DNA of 64,000 nt. It comes from Candidatus Humimonas hydrogenitrophica. Lineage in GTDB: Bacteria > Gemmatimonadota > Gemmatimonadetes > Palauibacterales > Palauibacteraceae. This document shows positions 8,884 through 16,508 of the stretch, piece by piece; within the stretch, counting starts at the first letter, position 1, and every line of letters starts with the position of its first letter. Made by a program: the position numbers and the translations under genes. The notes under the pieces were generated by a model. It did no database searches. It had not been told where the DNA came from and saw nothing but the letters and a program-made list of their open reading frames with translations. Where the stretch lies: assembly GCA_947581615.1 (NCBI GenBank), contig CANPVD010000053.1, forward strand, positions 89,737 to 153,736, given 5' to 3'.

Positions 8884-9731
8884 GCAGGCGGGCGATGGAC
8901 GCCGCGGGCCGAGGCGCGGGCCCGTACATCCGGCGCTTCACCGGCTTCCAGCGGACCCTTCACGTCATGGTGATCGTGTCCTTCCTGGGGCTGGTCGCCA
9001 CCGGGCTGCCGCTGCGCTTCGCGGCCGCGCCCTGGGCCCGCGGGGTGATGGACCTGTTCGGGGGCCCGGTGGCCGCGGGCCTGATTCACCGCATGTGCGC
9101 GATCATCACCTTCGGCTACTTCTTCGCGCACGTCATCCAGATCACCTACCGGATGCTGAGAGTCGAGGGACCGAAGAAGCTGCTGTGGGGGCCGGACTCC
9201 ATGGTCCCCCAGCCCAGGGACATCCGCGACCTCATCCAGATGTTCAAGTGGTTCTTCGGGAAGGCACCGCACCCGGAGTTCGAGCGGTTCAGCTACATGG
9301 AGAAGTTCGACTACTGGGCGGTGTTCTGGGGAGTGGCCATCATCGGGACCTCGGGGCTCTTCCTGTGGTTCCCGACCTTCTTCGCGCACTTCATGCCGGG
9401 GTGGGTGTTCAACATCGCGACCATCGTGCACGGCGACGAGGCCCTGCTGGCCACGTCGTTCATCTTCACGATCCACTTCTTCAACGTGCACCTGCGGCCG
9501 GAAAAGTTCCCGATCGACACCGTGATCTTCACGGGCCGGGCCACCACGGAGTACATGCAGGAGGAGCACGGCCTCGAGTACGAGCGGCTCCGGCGCGACG
9601 GCCGGGTCGAGGAGCGGGTGGTGCCGTCGGCCTCGCGCGCGGCCTACCTGTGGTCGGTGACGGTGGGCTTCATCGCCGTCGGGATCGGTACGATGCTCAT
9701 CGTCCTCGTCCTGTGGGCTCTCCTGGCATGA
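8880..9731 (+). CDS. Dihaem b-type cytochrome membrane subunit, FdnI/HydC (Ni_hydr_CYTB)-like
   Basis: There are five predicted transmembrane helices with conserved His residues inside the helices (RTLHVMVI, GLIHRMC, FFAHVIQ, IVHGDEA, FTIHFFNVH). The start overlaps the upstream cytochrome stop as ATGA. Confidence 0.8.
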   Translation: MSRRAMDAAGRGAGPYIRRFTGFQRTLHVMVIVSFLGLVATGLPLRFAAAPWARGVMDLFGGPVAAGLIHRMCAIITFGYFFAHVIQITYRMLRVEGPKKLLWGPDSMVPQPRDIRDLIQMFKWFFGKAPHPEFERFSYMEKFDYWAVFWGVAIIGTSGLFLWFPTFFAHFMPGWVFNIATIVHGDEALLATSFIFTIHFFNVHLRPEKFPIDTVIFTGRATTEYMQEEHGLEYERLRRDGRVEERVVPSASRAAYLWSVTVGFIAVGIGTMLIVLVLWALLA

Positions 9732-9735
9732 TGCA

Positions 9736-11520
9736 GTGCGACGCCCCGACGTAGTCCTCGTCCACCCTCCCAGCGTCTACGACTTCCGTCGCAGGGCGAT
9801 CTTCTACGGCCCGATCAGCGACGTGATACCGTCGTCGACGGTGTTCGAGATGTACCCCATCGGCTTCGCGACCCTGGCGGCCTTCCTCCGGCGCCACGGG
9901 CGGCGCGTGCGCATCGTGAACCTCGCCCTGCGCATGATGCGGAGCCGGCGCTTCCGGCCCGAGCGCTACCTGCGGCGACTCGAGCCCCGGCTGTTCGGCA
10001 TCGACCTCCACTGGCTGCCCCACGCGCACGGCGGTCACGAGGTCGCGGCCCTCCTCAAGCGGCTGCACCCCGACATTCCGATCGTGTTCGGCGGTATCTC
10101 GGCCAGCTACTTCCACGAGGAGCTCATCCGCGACCCTTCCGTGGACTTCGTCCTGCGCGGCAGCGTCACGGAGCCCTGCCTCCTGGAGCTCGTCCGGGAG
10201 CTGGAGGGAGATCGCCGATTCGAGCGGGTCCCGAACCTCACCTGGAAGCAGGACGACCGGGTGAGAGTCAATCCGGCCTCCTTCGTGCCCCTGTCCTTCG
10301 ACGATCTCGACTACGATCTGGGCTACATGATCGGGCAGGTGGTGGGGCGCCTGGACTTCTGGACGAACGTCCCGTTCCACGCCTGGTGGCGGCACCCGAT
10401 CACCGCCGTGTTCACCGTGCGCGGCTGCGGAAGGGGCTGCGTGACCTGCGGCGCCTCGGAGGAAGCCTTCCGCGGCTTCATGCCCGGCATGCATCCCCTC
10501 CTGAGGAGCCCCGCGTCCATCGCCCGCCAGGTCCGGGACCTGGCCGAGCTCACGCGCGCCCCGATCTTCCTGGTGGGGGACATCAACGACGGCGGGCCCA
10601 AGTACGCCGAGGCCGTCGTCGAGGCCCTGAGAGCCACCGGCGTCTCCAACCGACTCGTGTTCGAGTTCTTCCGCCCCCCGCCGGGGGCGTTCGTGGCGCA
10701 CGTCGAAGCCTGCCTGCCGCATTGGGGCGCCGAGCTCTCACCGGAGAGCCACCACGAGGAGATACGGGCGAGGCTGGGCAAGGCCTCCTACACCAACGCG
10801 GAGCTGGAAGAGGGGATCGAGACGATCCTGGGGGGACGCTGCGAGCAGCTCGACCTGTTCTACATGATCGGGCTCCCGGGACAATCCTACCGCCACGTCA
10901 TGACCACCGTGGATGCCATCGAGGCGATCTTCCGACGCCTGGACGCGCGCGTGTCCGCCTTCATCACGCCCATGGGCCCGTTCATCGATCCGGGGAGCGT
11001 CGGCTTCGAGCACCCCGAAGCCACCGGCTACCGGCTGCGCGCCCACACCCTGGCCGAGCACCGGGCGCTCCTCGAGCAGGGGGACTGGGAGTCGATCCTC
11101 AACTACGACACCGACGCCATGACCCGGACGGAGATCGTGGACGCCACCTACGACGCCGCCGAGCGCCTCAACGACCTCAAGCTGCGCTACGGACGGATCG
11201 AGCCCGCCCGCGCCGCCGGCGTGGCCCGGCGCCTGACGGAGGCGCGTGCGCTCCGCCGCCGCATCCGGGAGGCGCAGGGCCGGCTCGACCCGGAGGCCCG
11301 GCTCGCGTTGCTGGGAGAGATCCGGGCCTACTCGGAGTCCACCGTCAACGACAAGGCCGAGCTGTTTCCGCCGGGAGCCTTCCTGCGAAACTTCCGCCTG
11401 GGCGGGATCCTGCGGCTCCTGGCGAGAGATGTCCTGCGCCGCGGAACTCGCCGACCCGAAACTCGCCGACTCGGGTCCGCCCTCCAGGACGCCCCGGCCG
11501 AGACCGCCTCCACGCCCTGA
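9736..11520 (+). CDS. B12-binding-domain radical SAM protein
   Basis: An N-terminal B12-binding-like domain is followed by the CGRGCVTC (CxxxCxxC) radical SAM motif. The GTG start lies 4 nt after the cytochrome b stop. Confidence 0.8.
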   Translation: MRRPDVVLVHPPSVYDFRRRAIFYGPISDVIPSSTVFEMYPIGFATLAAFLRRHGRRVRIVNLALRMMRSRRFRPERYLRRLEPRLFGIDLHWLPHAHGGHEVAALLKRLHPDIPIVFGGISASYFHEELIRDPSVDFVLRGSVTEPCLLELVRELEGDRRFERVPNLTWKQDDRVRVNPASFVPLSFDDLDYDLGYMIGQVVGRLDFWTNVPFHAWWRHPITAVFTVRGCGRGCVTCGASEEAFRGFMPGMHPLLRSPASIARQVRDLAELTRAPIFLVGDINDGGPKYAEAVVEALRATGVSNRLVFEFFRPPPGAFVAHVEACLPHWGAELSPESHHEEIRARLGKASYTNAELEEGIETILGGRCEQLDLFYMIGLPGQSYRHVMTTVDAIEAIFRRLDARVSAFITPMGPFIDPGSVGFEHPEATGYRLRAHTLAEHRALLEQGDWESILNYDTDAMTRTEIVDATYDAAERLNDLKLRYGRIEPARAAGVARRLTEARALRRRIREAQGRLDPEARLALLGEIRAYSESTVNDKAELFPPGAFLRNFRLGGILRLLARDVLRRGTRRPETRRLGSALQDAPAETASTP

Positions 11521-11531
11521 ACCCCGGTGCG

Positions 11532-11548
11532 GGGGCCCGCACGGCCCC
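11532..11548. terminator. GC-rich hairpin between convergent genes
   Basis: GGGGCC-cgcac-GGCCCC inverted repeat between the end of the radical SAM gene and the end of the lipoprotein gene. There is no U-tract. Confidence 0.3.
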
Positions 11549-11555
11549 TACGGAC

Positions 11556-12023
11556 TCAGGTGGAGTCGTGACGGGGCGTGGCGCCCGTCGTGCCCTGGGA
11601 CATCCCCGGATGCGCCATCCCCGCCGGCGGCATCATGCCCGCGTGCGGCACGTTGTGGGCGCCCGCGGCCTGACCCATGCTCCCCAGGTGGGCCCTGGCG
11701 GAGTCGGCGGCCGCGGTGTGGCCGAGGGCGGTCTCCGCCATGTACATGCCGAACCAGGCCGCCGTGAACTCCGGGGCCATGTTCGCCGCCTGCCGATAGT
11801 GGCCCAGGGCCTTGTCGTAGTCCTTGGCCCGGTAGGCCGTGTTGCCGCTGTCCAGCTGCGCGCTCACGGCGGGCGGGACCTCGGCGCGGGACATGCGCGC
11901 TCCCGTGTCCGCGGCGCTGCTCGACGCGGCGGCGCTGCCCTGCCCCCCGGCTCCGCCGCCGCCGCAGCCGACCACGGCCAGGCCGACCGCCAGGAGAACC
12001 GCCGATGCGTGTATGTTCCTCAT
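11556..12023 (-). CDS. TPR-like lipoprotein
   Basis: The signal peptide has a lipobox (VVGCGGG). The sequence YRAKDYDKALGHYRQAANMAPEF resembles a TPR motif. The start overlaps the stop of the upstream TolB-like gene as ATGA. Confidence 0.55.
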   Translation of the reverse strand: MRNIHASAVLLAVGLAVVGCGGGGAGGQGSAAASSSAADTGARMSRAEVPPAVSAQLDSGNTAYRAKDYDKALGHYRQAANMAPEFTAAWFGMYMAETALGHTAAADSARAHLGSMGQAAGAHNVPHAGMMPPAGMAHPGMSQGTTGATPRHDST

Positions 12024-13165
12024 TGCCCTCTCCCCGGATGTTCGATCCAGTCCGCTACGAAGATGTTCGTCTCGCCCGGCAGGGCGCCGCGCCGGTTGGA
12101 CTCGAACACGAGCCTGCGGCCGTCGCGTGAGAACATGGGAAATCCGTCGAAATCGGAATGCGTGGTCACCCGTTCCAGGCCGCTACCGTCCACTCCGATG
12201 AGGTACAGGTCGAAATCCCTCGAGGAGGGATCTCGCATATTGGAAGCAAAGATGATCCTTCGTCCGTCCGGATGAAAGTAGGGTGCGAAGTTCGCGGCTC
12301 CGTTGTGGGTGAGCTGGCGCTTGCCCGAGCCGTCCGCGTGCATCACCCATAGCTCCATGACGGAGGGACGCACCAGCCCACGCTTCAGGAGGTCCCTGTA
12401 GCCCGCCTCCTCCCTCGGCGTCGCCGGGTGGTAAGCCCGGTAGACGATGAGACGCCCATCCGGCGAGAAGAAGGGGCCCCCGTCGTAGCCGACCTCGTGG
12501 GTGAGCCGCCGCACGTTCCCCCCATCGGGGTCCATCGTGTAGATTTCGAGGTCGCCATCGCGCATGGACGTGAACACGATCCGGTTGCCGTCCTCGGAGA
12601 TCGTGGCCTCGGCGTCGTAGCCGGGCGTGTCGGTCAGGCGGCGTAATCCCGATCCGTCCGGATCGGCCGTGAAGATGTCATAGTCGTACAGCGGCCAGAC
12701 GTAGCCCTGACCGTAGTCGGGTCGGGGCGGGCACGCCGGCGCCGCCAGGTGCGTCGAGCTGTACAGGATCCGGCTTCCATCGGGGAAGAAGTAGGCGCAG
12801 GTCGTCCGTCCGCTCCCCGTCGACACGCGGCGACGGCCCCCACCATCCACGTCCATGATGTAGATCTGGTCGCACCCGGCGCCGCGGGGCGTGGCCTGGA
12901 AGATCAACCGGCGGTCGTCCGCCGAGAAGTACGCCTCCGCGTTCTGACCCTCGAAGGTGAGCATGCGGAGGTTGCGCAGGTGACGCTCGCCTGGCTCCGG
13001 CGCCACGAACACGGGCGCGGCGGTGTCGGAAAGTACGGTGCCCGCTTCGGCCGCCGCGGCGAGCGTCGGAGCCGGCGACAGCGGTGACAGGGCGGCGAGG
13101 ACGACCGTCCACGTTCCGACCCGAGCCGACCCTCGAATTCTCTTCGACCTGGAGTGTAGAGCCAT
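12020..13165 (-). CDS. Periplasmic TolB-like beta-propeller protein with PD40 repeats
   Basis: The protein contains repeated SPDG/FSPDG.RI.F/DPDG... motifs and a signal peptide. Confidence 0.8.
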   Translation of the reverse strand: MALHSRSKRIRGSARVGTWTVVLAALSPLSPAPTLAAAAEAGTVLSDTAAPVFVAPEPGERHLRNLRMLTFEGQNAEAYFSADDRRLIFQATPRGAGCDQIYIMDVDGGGRRRVSTGSGRTTCAYFFPDGSRILYSSTHLAAPACPPRPDYGQGYVWPLYDYDIFTADPDGSGLRRLTDTPGYDAEATISEDGNRIVFTSMRDGDLEIYTMDPDGGNVRRLTHEVGYDGGPFFSPDGRLIVYRAYHPATPREEAGYRDLLKRGLVRPSVMELWVMHADGSGKRQLTHNGAANFAPYFHPDGRRIIFASNMRDPSSRDFDLYLIGVDGSGLERVTTHSDFDGFPMFSRDGRRLVFESNRRGALPGETNIFVADWIEHPGRGQ

Positions 13166-14495
13166 GTCTTATCCGGTGGTGGAGGGATCCCGACTTCACG
13201 TGAGCCGGCTCGGCTCGGCCGCGCCGCTGGTCGTGGCCCTGGTCTTCGCTCCGCTGGCGAGCCTGGCGGGCCAGGCCGCGTGCCCGGCGCCCGCCGGTCT
13301 CACGGGCGGCGCGTCCCAGCCCGAGGCCACCGTCCGCTACCTGGCGGACGACGCGCTCGAGGGACGGCTGGCCGGCTCGCCCGGGGCCCACTGTGCCGCC
13401 CTTTACGTGGCCGACCGGTTCCGCGAGGCGGGACTGGAGCCGGGCGGCACGGGCGGCTACCTGCAGACCGTTCCTCTGGCCAGCGCCGTCAACCCTCACG
13501 CGCCCGGCGGCACGGGCGTCAACGTCGTCGGAGTGCTGCCCGGCTCGGATCCAGCGCTGGCGGGCCAGGCCATCGTGATCGGCGCCCACCTGGACCACCT
13601 GGGCCGCGGGCCCTTCGGCTCCCTCTCCCCGGAGCGTGCCGGCGAGATTCACAACGGGGCCGACGACAACGCCTCGGGCGTGGCCGCCCTGGTCCTCGTG
13701 GCCCGCCGGCTGGCCGCCGGGCCCCACCCGGGGCGAACCGTCGTGTTCGTCGCCTTCACGGGCGAGGAGATCGGCCTGCTCGGCTCCTCCTTCTACGTCC
13801 AGCACCCGAGCGTGCCGCTGGACTCGACCGTGGCCATGCTCAATATGGACATGGTCGGGCGCCTGGGCCACGACCGGCTCATCGTCTACGGCGTCGGCAC
13901 CAGCCCGCAGTGGTCCGACCTGGTCGCGGACGCGGACCTGAGTCCGGGCCTGGAGCTCGCCTACCAGCAGGCCGGGTTCGGGCCGAGCGACCACACGTCC
14001 TTCTACGGGAAGGGCGTCCCCGTCCTCCACTTCTTCACCAATCTCCACCAGGACTACCATCGCCCCTCGGACGACTGGCAGCAGATCGACTTTCCGGGCA
14101 TCATCCGGGTCGCAGAGCTCGTGGCCGGAATCGCGAGTCGGGTGGCCGACCGACCGGAGCGCCTGACGGTCGTCCAGGGGGTCGGCCATCGACCCGAAGC
14201 GGGCGAGGGCGGAGGGTATGGCGCCTACCTGGGCACGGTGCCTGATTTCACCTTCACGGAGCCGGGAGTACGCCTGGGCGGCGTCACGGGCGGCTCGCCG
14301 GCCGACCGGGCCGGTCTCCGCACCGGTGACGTCATGATCGGCTTCGGGGACGGCGAGATCTCGGACCTGTACGCGCTGACCGCCGCCCTCCGGTCGCACG
14401 CCCCGGGCGACACGGTGGCCATCACGGTCCTGCGTGACGGCACGGAGGTCCGCGTCACGGCCGTGCTCGGGGACCGGGCCCGGGACCGTCAGTAG
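13164..14495 (+). CDS. M28-family zinc aminopeptidase with a C-terminal PDZ domain
   Basis: The motifs HLDHLG...NGADDNASGVAALV...EEIGLLGS...DHTSF fit an M28 metal-binding site. A signal peptide and a C-terminal PDZ-like domain (GLRTGDVMIGFGDGEI) are present. Confidence 0.8.
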   Translation: MSYPVVEGSRLHVSRLGSAAPLVVALVFAPLASLAGQAACPAPAGLTGGASQPEATVRYLADDALEGRLAGSPGAHCAALYVADRFREAGLEPGGTGGYLQTVPLASAVNPHAPGGTGVNVVGVLPGSDPALAGQAIVIGAHLDHLGRGPFGSLSPERAGEIHNGADDNASGVAALVLVARRLAAGPHPGRTVVFVAFTGEEIGLLGSSFYVQHPSVPLDSTVAMLNMDMVGRLGHDRLIVYGVGTSPQWSDLVADADLSPGLELAYQQAGFGPSDHTSFYGKGVPVLHFFTNLHQDYHRPSDDWQQIDFPGIIRVAELVAGIASRVADRPERLTVVQGVGHRPEAGEGGGYGAYLGTVPDFTFTEPGVRLGGVTGGSPADRAGLRTGDVMIGFGDGEISDLYALTAALRSHAPGDTVAITVLRDGTEVRVTAVLGDRARDRQ

Positions 14496-14638
14496 CGGAG
14501 CCCGGCCGGAGCGAGGCCGACCCTTTCACGCCGGCCGCACTCCGTTGGTCCTAACCGAGAACGAGGGAGCGGCGGCGGAGGCGGCGAAACCGCAACGGAT
14601 CCACGGAGACCGGAGATGCACGAAGGCATGATCGAGGC

Positions 14639-15223
14639 ATGGACGGGTCCGGGACGGCCCCACCCGCATCCGTGAGCGGGAGGGGCGCGGTCCGGATCCG
14701 GGACGCGTCCGTCGCGGCCTGGGTGGAGAAGCACGGAGCCGAGCTGCGCCGGCACGTGGAGCGACTGCTCCCGGGGCCGGACGCCGCGGACGATGTGCTC
14801 CAGACCGTGTGGATCACGGCGCACCGCAAGCCTCCCGAGGCACGCGAGGGACCGGCGCTTCGAGCCTGGCTGTACCGGGTCGCCACCCATGCCGCCCTCG
14901 ACCGCCTGGGCTCCGAGCGTCGACGGAGGCGCGCGCTGGAGGGCCGGGCCCTGTTCGTGGCCCCGGAGGCGCGTCCGGCGCCCGACGCGGCCCTGGAAGG
15001 CCTGGGTGAGGGAGCCCGCCTCCGGGTCCGGGAGCACGTGGCCGCGCTGCCCCCGAAGCAGCGGCAGGCCGTATGGATGCGGTGGGCCGAGGGCCGCAGC
15101 TACGCCGACATCGCCGCGCGGCTCGGGTGCTCCGAGGAGAGCGCCCGCGGCAACGTCTACCAGGGGATGAAGCGGCTCCGGTCGGAGCTGTTCGGATTGT
15201 GGCAGGAGGAGGCGGGAGCATGA
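14639..15223 (+). CDS. ECF (sigma-24 family) RNA polymerase sigma factor
   Basis: Region 2 (DDVLQTVWITAHR) and region 4 with a helix-turn-helix (RSYADIAARLGCSEESARGNVYQGMKRLR) are recognisable. Confidence 0.85.
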   Translation: MDGSGTAPPASVSGRGAVRIRDASVAAWVEKHGAELRRHVERLLPGPDAADDVLQTVWITAHRKPPEAREGPALRAWLYRVATHAALDRLGSERRRRRALEGRALFVAPEARPAPDAALEGLGEGARLRVREHVAALPPKQRQAVWMRWAEGRSYADIAARLGCSEESARGNVYQGMKRLRSELFGLWQEEAGA

Positions 15224-15924
15224 GCGGACAGCCCTGCTGGGTTTCGGAGGAGGGCCTCGTGGCCTTCGTGGCCGGCGAGCTCGAGCCCGAGGCCGAGGTG
15301 GCGGTGGCCCGTCACCTGGCCGAGTGCGATGCCTGCCGGGAAGAGGCGGTGCAGTTCCGGCTGCTCGGAGCGGCGATGGCGGAGGAGGCGGGCGCCGAGG
15401 CGGTGCGCTGGCACGCCTTCTCGAGCCCGTTCGGACGCATGTACGTGGCGGCCACCCCGGGGGGACTGGTCCGGGTATCCTGGCAGCAGCCCGGGGACGA
15501 CGCCTTCGAGGCCGAGCTCCACGACCTGCTGCCGGGCCGGCCGGTCCTGCACGATCCGACCGATGAGGTCCTGCTCGAGACGGAGCGTCAACTGACCCAG
15601 TACTTCGCCGGCGAGCGGGAGTCCTTCGACCTCCCCGTGGACCTCGAGACCCTCCCCACCTTCTCGCGGAGGGTTCTCGAGGCGCTGCGGGAGGTCGAGT
15701 TCGGTAAGGTGGTGGCCTACTCGGACCTGGCCCGCCGGATCGGACGGCCCCGGGCGTCGAGGGCCGTGGGCAATGCCCTGGGACGGAACCCGGTGGCGAT
15801 CGTCGTGCCCTGTCACCGGGTCGTGCGTCAGGACGGGTCGCTGGGTGGCTACGGCGGCGGGGTGGAGTACAAGGAGCGCCTGCTGGCGGTCGAGGGTCGC
15901 CAGGACCTGCTCCGGGCGGGCTGA
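15220..15924 (+). CDS. Anti-sigma factor with a zinc-finger (ZAS) domain fused to a full-length O6-alkylguanine-DNA alkyltransferase (Ogt/MGMT)
   Basis: The N-terminus reads C6...H32-x3-C36-x2-C39 (HLAECDAC), matching the ZAS motif. The C-terminus carries the MGMT helix-turn-helix and the active site IVVPCHRVV. The start overlaps the sigma factor stop as ATGA. Confidence 0.8.
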   Translation: MSGQPCWVSEEGLVAFVAGELEPEAEVAVARHLAECDACREEAVQFRLLGAAMAEEAGAEAVRWHAFSSPFGRMYVAATPGGLVRVSWQQPGDDAFEAELHDLLPGRPVLHDPTDEVLLETERQLTQYFAGERESFDLPVDLETLPTFSRRVLEALREVEFGKVVAYSDLARRIGRPRASRAVGNALGRNPVAIVVPCHRVVRQDGSLGGYGGGVEYKERLLAVEGRQDLLRAG

Positions 15925-15951
15925 AGCGCCGAGGGGGCCGTGGCTCGGTGG

Positions 15952-16482
15952 TCAGGCCGCCGTCGCGCCAGGGACGAGCCGCACCCCGGCCGCCAGGGCG
16001 TCGTCGAAGGCGATCTCGGCCTGGTCGACCCGGACGATCCACGCCGGATAGCGCTGGACGACCTCCACCGAGACGCCCGGGAGCACGCCCAGACTGGCCA
16101 GCGCGCGGCCCTCGGGACTGCGGGGCTCCTCGAGACCCGCCACGGTCGCGCGGTCTCCCGGCTCGAGATCGAGGAGGGTGACGCGCGCGGTCCCGGGCGC
16201 CGAACCCAGAGACGCTGGTCCGGTCGACCCTGCACGGCGGCCCGCGCCGAGTCCGTTCAGGATGCGGCGCAGGAAGCCGCCACCCTTCCCGTGGGCCCGC
16301 ACCCTGCCCCGCTCCATCCAGGCCGGCTCGACCGGGTTCTCGTAGCCGCAGTGCGGACAGCGGACGTACCGGCAGGCTCGCGCCAGCGGGCACCCTACAC
16401 AGGCTGGCTGCCCCCGATCCTCCCGGAAGCTGCGAGCACACAGGCCGCATTCGACCTCGCGACTCGCCCGACCGGAAGCCAC
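15952..16482 (-). CDS. feoA: FeoA-domain protein with an N-terminal Cys-rich zinc-ribbon
   Basis: The C-terminal FeoA/SH3-like domain reads VTLLDLEPGDRATVAGL...GVLPGVSVEVVQ. Upstream of it lies CGLC...CVGC...C...CPHC. The GTG start at 16482, 27 nt downstream of the feoB stop, is inferred and could be extended or shortened. Confidence 0.5.
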   Translation of the reverse strand: MASGRASREVECGLCARSFREDRGQPACVGCPLARACRYVRCPHCGYENPVEPAWMERGRVRAHGKGGGFLRRILNGLGAGRRAGSTGPASLGSAPGTARVTLLDLEPGDRATVAGLEEPRSPEGRALASLGVLPGVSVEVVQRYPAWIVRVDQAEIAFDDALAAGVRLVPGATAA

Positions 16483-16508
16483 GGCCGCTGAAGCCGGCGA
16501 CGGGGCGC

